Assembly: GCA_938036825.1 (NCBI GenBank)
Contig: CALHWD010000019.1
Coordinates: 8,404-72,403 of the forward strand
Length of the DNA stretch: 64,000 nt
Direction of reading: 5' to 3'
Source: an uncultured Candidatus Saccharibacteria bacterium
GTDB taxonomy: Bacteria; Patescibacteriota; Saccharimonadia; Saccharimonadales; Saccharimonadaceae
Each line of letters begins with the position of its first letter. Position 1 is the stretch's first letter. The notes below the pieces were generated by a model that searched no databases, was not told the DNA's origin, and saw only the letters and a list, made by a program, of their open reading frames with translations. A program made the position numbers and the translations under genes. Positions 28,504-36,440 of this stretch are shown one piece after another.

Positions 28504-29484
28504 ATGCCTATACGTGATACTCACGCCCTGCCAGAATATGTGATATATTTCTTGGCAACGATCGATCGTCGACCGAAGTTTGTCCGGTGGTTGATTCTTA
28601 TTGGACTTGCTATCTGCAACGTTATACTGCTCTGCTTGCCAGTGATATTCTTTGTCGTTTGTTATTGCATCGTGTTTTGGAGGACGCGTGGTTATTACAA
28701 AACAGTCGAGTTTCAAAGTGTCAAGCAGAGGCTTGCCAAGCAAATACAAGAATACAACGACTTCAATGCCTTTTTGCCCGAAACAAAGCGTTTTATCCGT
28801 CAGCAGCAGTCGAGGCTTTCGCATACGCATGTGAAAAATAGCACACTCACGGTATATAAAAATGCGCAGCTTGATCCATACCGCTATATCGTCAAATATT
28901 TTTTTGCGCAGCGCACAATAAACGAAGAGACAGTGCAAATACTCGAGCAAATCCTCCAGAAATACGACACAATTAAAAAGACTGAGGAAATACTGCGGAG
29001 CGAATACAACGAAATTATGGACTTCATTGATGTCAAAATGTACGCTGGAGCCTATATTTTCAAGAAAATGACAATGAAGCAGCTTGGATCGAATACATTA
29101 CCTAAGTTTGAAAAGAATTATTTTCTCGTATATTCATTTAAGTACAGTTCGCCCGCCAAGCGCAATAACTACTCGTTCGATATTACACTCACAGAGAAAA
29201 AGCTCCAAAAATTGGCAGAATATCTCAGCCAACAGATAACCTATCGCAAATCTGCGCAGTTTCAGCGTCAGCTCATGACACCAAAGCTTAGGCGGTTTAT
29301 CTTGCGCAGAGACAACTACGAATGCCAGAAGTGCCATGTCTCGCGCCGGGATGAGAAGCATCTTTTGCTCGAAGTTGACCACATTGTGCCGGTATCGAAG
29401 GGTGGCATCACCACTGAGCAAAATTTGCGAGCGCTCTGCTGGCGCTGCAATCGAGCTAAGAGCGATAAGCTGGAAGTAGCCTAA
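28504..29484 (+). CDS. membrane-anchored HNH endonuclease domain protein
   Basis: Two N-terminal TM helices, a Lys/Glu-rich middle region and a C-terminal HNH (CQKCH..DHIVPVSKGG..NLRALCWRCNRAKSDK). Visibly lower GC than the flanking genes. Confidence 0.7.
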   Translation: MPIRDTHALPEYVIYFLATIDRRPKFVRWLILIGLAICNVILLCLPVIFFVVCYCIVFWRTRGYYKTVEFQSVKQRLAKQIQEYNDFNAFLPETKRFIRQQQSRLSHTHVKNSTLTVYKNAQLDPYRYIVKYFFAQRTINEETVQILEQILQKYDTIKKTEEILRSEYNEIMDFIDVKMYAGAYIFKKMTMKQLGSNTLPKFEKNYFLVYSFKYSSPAKRNNYSFDITLTEKKLQKLAEYLSQQITYRKSAQFQRQLMTPKLRRFILRRDNYECQKCHVSRRDEKHLLLEVDHIVPVSKGGITTEQNLRALCWRCNRAKSDKLEVA

Positions 29485-29591
29485 CATTAGCATTGTACCC
29501 TGTGCTACCCCATATTTCTTACTGACGCATTACTCGTTGCTCATTGATATATAGCGATTCCACGCACCGAATGTGGTACAATATATCCATA

Positions 29592-29885
29592 ATGAGTAGT
29601 ATTACCACTGAAGATGTGCAGCACCTTGCACAATTAAGTTCGATTAGTCTTGGTGATTCAGCCGACGTTGCCGCGCTGCGCCAAAACCTCGAGGATATCC
29701 TGCATTACATCGAGCAGCTATCCACCCTCGACACGACTGGTGTTGAGCCAACCTACCAAGTAACTGGCCTGACTAATGTATGGCGGCCCGACACAATAGA
29801 TGCCAGCGACGTATCGCGCGAGCAGCTATTGGGGCTAGCAGCCGAGCAGGCAGATAAGTGTGTAAAAGTACCGAAGGTGTTGTGA
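29592..29885 (+). CDS. gatC: Asp-tRNA(Asn)/Glu-tRNA(Gln) amidotransferase subunit C
   Basis: Small protein directly preceding gatA. Contains VQHLAQLSSISL. Confidence 0.85.
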   Translation: MSSITTEDVQHLAQLSSISLGDSADVAALRQNLEDILHYIEQLSTLDTTGVEPTYQVTGLTNVWRPDTIDASDVSREQLLGLAAEQADKCVKVPKVL

Positions 29886-29886
29886 T

Positions 29887-31296
29887 ATGAATATTACAGA
29901 GAGAGTTGCTCAGATCAAACAAGGCCAGACATCGGCTACTGCCCAGGTACAAGCGGCTTTACAGCGGGCGCGTGATGCTAAGGAATACCACGCCCTGCTG
30001 AGTCTGACAGAGGAGCGGGCATTGCAGCGGGCACAAGAAATTGATGAGGCGCTGGCTCGGGGCGAGGACGTTGGGGTGCTGGCTGGCGTGCCGTTCGTCG
30101 TTAAGGATAATTATCTTGCGTATGGTGCACCGAGTACGGCAGCCAGCAAGATGCTTGAGAACTTTGATACGCCTCTTCAGGCAACAGTGGTAGATAAGCT
30201 TGAAGCAGCTGGGGCGATCTGCATTGGCAAGAGTAACCTCGATGCCTTTGCGCATGGCGGGAGCACAGAGAACTCATACTTTGGTGCTACGCACAACGCT
30301 GTCGACAAAACGAAAGTCGCTGGCGGCAGCAGTGGTGGCTCGGCTGTGGTGACGGCGCTCGACATTGTGCCATTTGCCTTAGGAACAGATACGGGAGGCT
30401 CGATTCGCCAACCCGCCAGTTTCAATGGTGTGTATGGTATCAAGCCAACCTATGGCACAGCGAGCCGCTATGGTGTCGTGGCAATGGCCTCGAGCACTGA
30501 TACGATGGGCTGCTTTGCGCGCAGTGCTGAGGATGTTGCTGTGGTAATGAGCGTCATGGCTGGCCAAGATCCGAGGGATATGACGACGCTGCCCGACTTC
30601 TTCGCGCCCGCAACCGAGGCACCGCAACGCTTGAAGATCGGTATCATCAACGAAGCAATGGGTGATGGTGTTGATGCGGAGGTACGGCAAGCGGTTAGCC
30701 AGTATGCCGACGCCCTGCGATCGCATGGCCATACTGTTGAGACAGTGAGCATGCCAATGCTCCAGCACGCTCTTGCGATCTACTACATCGTTGTGCCGGC
30801 TGAGATCTCAAGCAACTTGGCGCGCTACGATGGTGTACGCTATGGCCATCGCGCTGAGGGAGTTAAGACACTGGCCGAGCTTTATGGTCGGAGCCGCGAC
30901 GAAGGCTTTATGCCAGAGAACAAACGGCGCATTATGATTGGGAGCTACGTGCTGAGTAGTGGGTACTTCGATGCGTACTATCTCAAGGCGCAAAAAGCGC
31001 GGACACTACTCATCAACGAATTTAACGCCCTGTTTGAGCAATACGACATGCTTCTTTTGCCGACAGCACCAACTCCTGCCTTTGGTCTTGGCGAAAACAG
31101 CGACGACCCGCTTAAGATGTATCTCGCCGATATCATGACAGTGCCAGCCAGTCTGGCAGGCTTACCTGCACTGAATGTGCCGGCTGGAGTGAGCCAGGCG
31201 GGCCTGCCAATCGGTGCGCAGTTGATCGGCCCCATGCAGAGTGACGCGACGCTGCTTGCCCTGGCAGCTCAATCCGCTGCAGAAAGGAGCGCCTAA
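29887..31296 (+). CDS. gatA: Asp-tRNA(Asn)/Glu-tRNA(Gln) amidotransferase subunit A
   Basis: Amidase signature GGSSGGSA and TDTGGSIRQPA. Confidence 0.95.
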   Translation: MNITERVAQIKQGQTSATAQVQAALQRARDAKEYHALLSLTEERALQRAQEIDEALARGEDVGVLAGVPFVVKDNYLAYGAPSTAASKMLENFDTPLQATVVDKLEAAGAICIGKSNLDAFAHGGSTENSYFGATHNAVDKTKVAGGSSGGSAVVTALDIVPFALGTDTGGSIRQPASFNGVYGIKPTYGTASRYGVVAMASSTDTMGCFARSAEDVAVVMSVMAGQDPRDMTTLPDFFAPATEAPQRLKIGIINEAMGDGVDAEVRQAVSQYADALRSHGHTVETVSMPMLQHALAIYYIVVPAEISSNLARYDGVRYGHRAEGVKTLAELYGRSRDEGFMPENKRRIMIGSYVLSSGYFDAYYLKAQKARTLLINEFNALFEQYDMLLLPTAPTPAFGLGENSDDPLKMYLADIMTVPASLAGLPALNVPAGVSQAGLPIGAQLIGPMQSDATLLALAAQSAAERSA

Positions 31297-31715
31297 TGTC
31301 TGGCAGTGTCACGATCCTTTTGGTGGGTATTATCATCATTGCTGCGATCTTGGTCGTCGTTGTTGCCCTGACGCGCCAGGGCGGTAAGGTGCTCAATGTC
31401 GAGAAATACCAAGCACGCTGGCTTGCCATTGAGAATAGCCTCGATAAATCCAACATTGGCACGTATCAGCTAGCTATCTTCGAGGCAGATAAGTTGCTCG
31501 ATCTTGCTCTCCGTGAACGTGGCTTTGCTGGCGACACGATGGGCGAGCGCATGAAGTCGGCTCGCGAACAATGGAGCAATAGCAACCACGTATGGGGTGC
31601 TCACAAGGTGCGCAACAAGCTGGCGCACGAGGCTAATGTGCGGCTCTCGCGCGAGATTGCCTTGCGGGCATTAGCCGCGTATAAACAGGGGTTAAAGGAT
31701 TTGGGAGCGATATAA
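31296..31715 (+). CDS. hypothetical membrane-anchored protein with a HEPN-like Rx4H motif, inserted in the gatCAB operon
   Basis: TAATG overlap with gatA, and gatB starts 3 nt after its stop. N-terminal TM, helical domain, and VRNKLAHE. Confidence 0.6.
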   Translation: MSGSVTILLVGIIIIAAILVVVVALTRQGGKVLNVEKYQARWLAIENSLDKSNIGTYQLAIFEADKLLDLALRERGFAGDTMGERMKSAREQWSNSNHVWGAHKVRNKLAHEANVRLSREIALRALAAYKQGLKDLGAI

Positions 31716-31717
31716 TT

Positions 31718-33229
31718 ATGGCAGTTTCTCACGATGTTTTGCAAAAATATGAAGTGACGATTGGTATCGAATGCCACGTCCAGCTGGCAACCGACACAAA
31801 ACTCTTCAGCCCAGCAGACAATGACGCCCGCGATGCCGAGCCTAATAGCAAAGTCCATCCAATCGATTTCGGCCTACCTGGCATGCTACCAGTCCTGAAT
31901 CGCCACGCTGTTGATCTTGCGATTCGGGCTGGCAAGGCACTCAATGCGCCCATCGCTCGTGTTTCGCGCTTCGATCGTAAGCATTATTTCTATCCAGACC
32001 TACCGAAAGGCTACCAGACGAGCCAGATGTATCAGCCGATTATCTTGGCGGGCTATGTCGATGTGCCACTTGATGATGGTAGCACCACGCGTGTTCGAAT
32101 CGACCATGCTCATATGGAGGAAGATGCTGGTAAGCTAACACACCACGATGGTTACTCGCTAGTTGATCTCAACCGGGCGGGTACACCACTGATCGAGATT
32201 GTCTCACAGCCTGATATTCACTCAGCAGCCGAGGCCCGTGCCTATGCAGCAGAGCTCCACAAGCTCATGACCTATGCTGGCGTCACACACGGCGATCTTT
32301 ACCATGGTAATATGCGCTTTGATGTCAATATCTCGATCGCGCCAAAGGGCTCAGATCAGCTTGGTATGCGTGCTGAAGTGAAGAATCTCAACAGCTTCCG
32401 CAGTGTAGAAAAGGCAGTGGAGTATGAATTTGCGCGTCAGGCAGCTTTGCTCGAGCGCGGTGAGCGTGTCGTGCAAGAAACCCGTGGCTGGAGTGACGAT
32501 AAAGGCATCACCACGAGCCAGCGCAGCAAAGAAGATGCACAGGACTATCGCTACATGCCCGACCCAGACATTCCACCGATTGTCTTGACGGACGAAGAGA
32601 TTGCTCGTGTCCAGCAGGACGTACCGACGATGCCAGGTGAATACCGTGCGCGGTGGCAGAGCCTTGCGCTGGATAACTCGGTGGTTAATACTGTGCTCAG
32701 TCATCAGCCACTGGCTATTTTGCTGAGTGATATCTATCCGCTCGAGCATAATGCTTCGTCAATTTTGCAATGGCTTGGCGTCGATGAGTTAGTGTATCAG
32801 CGGCTTGTCAAGCGGATCTTTAACTGGTTTGCCTCTACGCCGGAAGAGTTGATGGATATGAGTAAGGTTGAATCGGGTTTTGTTGGGCCGCGGCGACTCT
32901 TGCTGCTCTCACAGTTGGTGGAGGACAACAAAGTCAGCTCGACTGGCGCGAAGGAGCTCTTTCTCGACCTCTTTGACGAGCAATATACTGGCAAGATGCC
33001 TGAGGCGATTGCTGAGGCGAAGAACCTGCTCCAGGTATCAGACGAGGGGGCGATTGGCGCAATTGTTGATGAGGTGATGAATGACCCAGCCAGTGCAGCG
33101 TCCATTGCTGATATCAAGGCCGGCAAGGATAAGGCAATTGGCTACCTCGTCGGGCAAGTCATGAAGCGATCCCGCGGCAAAGCCAATCCAGCTCTGGCGC
33201 AGAAACTGATTCGTGAGAGGCTGAAGTAA
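31718..33229 (+). CDS. gatB: Asp-tRNA(Asn)/Glu-tRNA(Gln) amidotransferase subunit B
   Basis: IGIECHVQL, FDRKHYFYPDLPKGYQ.SQ and a C-terminal YqeY-like tail. Confidence 0.95.
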   Translation: MAVSHDVLQKYEVTIGIECHVQLATDTKLFSPADNDARDAEPNSKVHPIDFGLPGMLPVLNRHAVDLAIRAGKALNAPIARVSRFDRKHYFYPDLPKGYQTSQMYQPIILAGYVDVPLDDGSTTRVRIDHAHMEEDAGKLTHHDGYSLVDLNRAGTPLIEIVSQPDIHSAAEARAYAAELHKLMTYAGVTHGDLYHGNMRFDVNISIAPKGSDQLGMRAEVKNLNSFRSVEKAVEYEFARQAALLERGERVVQETRGWSDDKGITTSQRSKEDAQDYRYMPDPDIPPIVLTDEEIARVQQDVPTMPGEYRARWQSLALDNSVVNTVLSHQPLAILLSDIYPLEHNASSILQWLGVDELVYQRLVKRIFNWFASTPEELMDMSKVESGFVGPRRLLLLSQLVEDNKVSSTGAKELFLDLFDEQYTGKMPEAIAEAKNLLQVSDEGAIGAIVDEVMNDPASAASIADIKAGKDKAIGYLVGQVMKRSRGKANPALAQKLIRERLK

Positions 33230-33783
33230 TGAATCCGTGGCGTCGCATTGGTGACCAGGCTGTTCTCTATGACGGTAACTGGCGGAGAGTGCTCCAAAAA
33301 ACATTTGTCATGCCAAATGGGCACACAATGCAGGCTGAAATATCGAGTAGTCATTGCCTTGAGTCGGTTATGGTTGTTGCCTTGACGCCAGAGCATCAGG
33401 CGATTATTGCACGGCAATTTCGCTGTGGTCCTGAGCAAATTTTTGATGAGTTGCCAGGTGGTACTGTTGACCCGAATGAAGCACTAGAAGAGGCGGCGCG
33501 TCGCGAGTTGCGAGAAGAAACTGGCTATGACGTGGGAGAGCTGATATTTTTGGGTACAATGTACAAACACGCCTGGATGGATACCAAGTCACACTACTTC
33601 TTGGCAAAAAACTGCACACCAAGCGAAGCTGGCCAACAACTCGACGATAATGAATCTGTTGAAGTGTGCACGATATCGATTGATCAACTGTTGAAGAATG
33701 GTAAATCTGGCAAAATGACAGATACAGAAGGTTTATTCTTGGCATATGAGCAACTAAAGGATATCCAGAGAGGTGAGCAGTAA
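33229..33783 (+). CDS. NUDIX hydrolase
   Basis: Nudix box GGTVDPNEALEEAARRELREETGY. TAATG overlap with gatB. Confidence 0.8.
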   Translation: MNPWRRIGDQAVLYDGNWRRVLQKTFVMPNGHTMQAEISSSHCLESVMVVALTPEHQAIIARQFRCGPEQIFDELPGGTVDPNEALEEAARRELREETGYDVGELIFLGTMYKHAWMDTKSHYFLAKNCTPSEAGQQLDDNESVEVCTISIDQLLKNGKSGKMTDTEGLFLAYEQLKDIQRGEQ

Positions 33784-34352
33784 TGAAGACATTTACCCGC
33801 AGTGAGCCAACAACAGTGACCCCAGTAGGTGAGCGGTTTAAGCAGTCGGTGGTCGTGAAGCATTTTCAGACGGATGACGGCTTGACGCATGAGTTTACAA
33901 CGTTTTTTGCTGAGGATAGTTGTGCTGCGCCAGTGATTGCTCTCACATCAGAGGGTAAGGTGGTAATGGTATATCAGTTTCGAGCAGGACCTGAGGCGTG
34001 GCTGCATGACTTCCCGAGTGGAGCTGCCTTGCCCGGCGAAGACCCAGAAGCAGCAGCGCGACGTGAATTGGCGGAGGAAACAGGGTATGTTCCGGGTGTG
34101 ATGCACTACTTGGGAGATTGCCACGAGAATGGTTACATTAATGGCAAGAGTCCAGTCTTTCTTGCGACTGATTGCACGTATGATCCACAGGTAAAGCAGC
34201 TCGACCAGACCGAACGAGACCAGGGAGCTCAGACGCGTCTCGTCTCGATTGATGAATTGTTTACAATTGCTAAGAATGGCGAGCTTTGCCTTGCAGGGCC
34301 GTTTGCCTTAGCATTTGAGTATCTAAATAACCGACGACAGGAGGAATCATAA
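33783..34352 (+). CDS. NUDIX hydrolase (second, tandem)
   Basis: Nudix box SGAALPGEDPEAAARRELAEETGY. TAATG overlap with the previous gene. Confidence 0.8.
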   Translation: MKTFTRSEPTTVTPVGERFKQSVVVKHFQTDDGLTHEFTTFFAEDSCAAPVIALTSEGKVVMVYQFRAGPEAWLHDFPSGAALPGEDPEAAARRELAEETGYVPGVMHYLGDCHENGYINGKSPVFLATDCTYDPQVKQLDQTERDQGAQTRLVSIDELFTIAKNGELCLAGPFALAFEYLNNRRQEES

Positions 34353-35257
34353 TGAAACGACCAACAAAAGCAATCATCGCCGCCGCGGGTTTTGGTACGC
34401 GGTTCTTACCTCAGACGAAGGCTATGCCTAAGGAGATGATGCCGCTGATCGATAAGCCAATCATTCAGTATGTGGTGGAGGAGCTCGTCCAGGCGGGGAT
34501 TCGCGACATTATCATTGTGGGGAGTGCCAATAAGCGTGCGATCGAAGACCACTTTGATGTGCCAAATGAGGATCTACTAGCTAACCTTCGGGCTGGTGGG
34601 CCAAAGAAGCAGCCACTGATCGATACCGTCAAGCAGCTCTCGGAGATGGCAAACTTTATCTACATCCGCCAAAAGGGTCCATACGGCAACGCGACACCAC
34701 TAGCCTGCGCAGCACATCTCATCAACCGCGACGAGCCCGTCATCTATACCTTTGCCGATGACTTCATTGCTGCTAGCCCAAGCCGCTTCCAGCAGATGAT
34801 CGCTGCGTCGCAAGAGCTCGATGGTGCAGTACTATCGTGCAAAAAGATCGTCGATGATGCTGAGTTTGATCGCTACGGCGTTGTGGCTGGCCAGCAGCTA
34901 TCGGACGGTGTTATTAAGATGAGCAACATCGTTGAAAAGCCAGGCAAGGCTAATGCGCCATCTGACCTCGCTAGTGTCAGTAGCTATATTTTGCCTGGCG
35001 AATTCTTTAGCTACCTCGAGCACGCCAAGGAGCATTTTGATGGGCATGGCGAGTTTACTGTCCAGCCTATTATGCAGCGGATGATTGATGACAAGCACGC
35101 GTTCTTTGGTGTTGAGATTACCAACGGTACATATTATGACACTGGCGATAAGCTCGAGTATCTTAAGACCGTTGTGGATTTTGGCCTCAAAGACCCAGTG
35201 CTTGGCCCAGAGTTTGCAAAATACCTACGGACTCACTATACTGATACCCAGGCATAG
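34352..35257 (+). CDS. galU: UTP--glucose-1-phosphate uridylyltransferase
   Basis: KAIIAAAGFGTRFLPQTKAMPKEMMP. Confidence 0.9.
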   Translation: MKRPTKAIIAAAGFGTRFLPQTKAMPKEMMPLIDKPIIQYVVEELVQAGIRDIIIVGSANKRAIEDHFDVPNEDLLANLRAGGPKKQPLIDTVKQLSEMANFIYIRQKGPYGNATPLACAAHLINRDEPVIYTFADDFIAASPSRFQQMIAASQELDGAVLSCKKIVDDAEFDRYGVVAGQQLSDGVIKMSNIVEKPGKANAPSDLASVSSYILPGEFFSYLEHAKEHFDGHGEFTVQPIMQRMIDDKHAFFGVEITNGTYYDTGDKLEYLKTVVDFGLKDPVLGPEFAKYLRTHYTDTQA

Positions 35258-35289
35258 ATCGTATGCTACTAACATAAAGGAGATACCGC

Positions 35290-35544
35290 ATGGAGTGGGC
35301 ACAGATATTAGTTATCATGTTATCGGTATTGCTAGCGCTGCTGCTGGTGCTTGCGATCGTCTTGACGATCATATTGATTCGCATTACGCAGCGGATTAGT
35401 GCTGTGGTCGAGTCGGCTGAACGCGTAGCAGCAAACCTCGAGGCAACGACTGATAATATTGCCCGGGCTACCTCGCCGTTTTGGCTAGCCAAGACCGCTG
35501 TGTCTTCGATCAAAAAATTGTTTACCACCAAACATAATCGATAA
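35290..35544 (+). CDS. DUF948-like small membrane protein
   Basis: N-terminal TM plus a helical tail. GGAG Shine-Dalgarno. Adjacent to a YtxH gene, as is typical. Confidence 0.55.
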   Translation: MEWAQILVIMLSVLLALLLVLAIVLTIILIRITQRISAVVESAERVAANLEATTDNIARATSPFWLAKTAVSSIKKLFTTKHNR

Positions 35545-35555
35545 AGGAGGGATAT

Positions 35556-35834
35556 ATGTCGAAAGGTAAATTTGTGCTTGGTGCAGCAATTGGTGCTGCC
35601 GCTGGCGTGGTGGCTGGGCTCTTGACAGCGCCAAAGTCAGGCAAAGAGACGCGAGCTGACCTCAAGAAGAAGGCACGTGAGCTCAAGCAAGACGCTACCA
35701 CAAAGGGCGACGAATTGCGTGCTAAGGGCGAGAAGGCATACTATGATGCGCGTGATGCCGCTCGTGACCTGCACGACCGCAGTGGCCGCGCTCTGCGCAG
35801 TGCTCGTGATGAGTTTGCAAAGGACAAGAAGTAG
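35556..35834 (+). CDS. YtxH domain protein
   Basis: GAAIGAAAGVVAGLLTAPKSGKETR is the canonical YtxH N-terminus. Confidence 0.75.
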   Translation: MSKGKFVLGAAIGAAAGVVAGLLTAPKSGKETRADLKKKARELKQDATTKGDELRAKGEKAYYDARDAARDLHDRSGRALRSARDEFAKDKK

Positions 35835-35912
35835 TCAGTAGGCGACAAAGGGTGCGGTGAGTATTCTCCTTATAGGCAGAACACTCACCGCATCTTCGCA
35901 ATTATAATTATT

Positions 35913-36263
35913 ATGACAAAGCAATCATCCCCACCGCAGCGCTCATTGGATGAGCCAGAGACTGGTGAGCAACATGACCGCCCTAGGCTGGCTACCGAGC
36001 TTACACAGCAAGTTAAACAAGCCAACGAGACCGATGCACGCAAGGCTATCCTCGAGGATTTATTTTACGATTTTCATCGTAGCCGCGCAGAAGTCTACAA
36101 AATGAACTTCATCCGCGGGATATTTTTTGGCCTGGGGAGTGTGCTTGGCGGAACGATTCTTGTAGCGCTGTTTGTTTGGTTACTCAATGCCATTGGTCTC
36201 TTGGTACCAAGCCTGGCGGACTTTATCGATAGCATTATCAAGGTGATGAGTACGCGGCATTGA
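35913..36263 (+). CDS. DUF5665-like membrane protein
   Basis: MNFIRGIFFGLGSVLGGTILVALFVWLL pattern. Confidence 0.55.
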   Translation: MTKQSSPPQRSLDEPETGEQHDRPRLATELTQQVKQANETDARKAILEDLFYDFHRSRAEVYKMNFIRGIFFGLGSVLGGTILVALFVWLLNAIGLLVPSLADFIDSIIKVMSTRH

Positions 36264-36423
36264 TGTGTCGTGCAGAGGTAAGATGACCCATTCAGCGTGG
36301 CTGGTCGTCACGTTTCTCCTGATAGGACAATAGGGGTGGTTGGTACCGACAAAGCGAGAACTCTGACATACAATCTCTTATCAATCACAAGCACCCCGGC
36401 GTTGGCGTCACCACCTACTCATT

Positions 36424-36432
36424 TGCTATACT
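36424..36432 (+). promoter_or_regulatory. extended -10 (TGcTATACT) of the leaderless dnaE
   Basis: 8 nt before the ATG at 36441, with no Shine-Dalgarno. Confidence 0.6.
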
Positions 36433-36440
36433 AGATAAGT

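Noticed and set aside
28306-28950. 214-aa ORF antisense to the uvrB 3' end and the HNH gene 5' end
   Set aside because: It spans an intergenic promoter region and two real genes on the other strand, and it has no signals.
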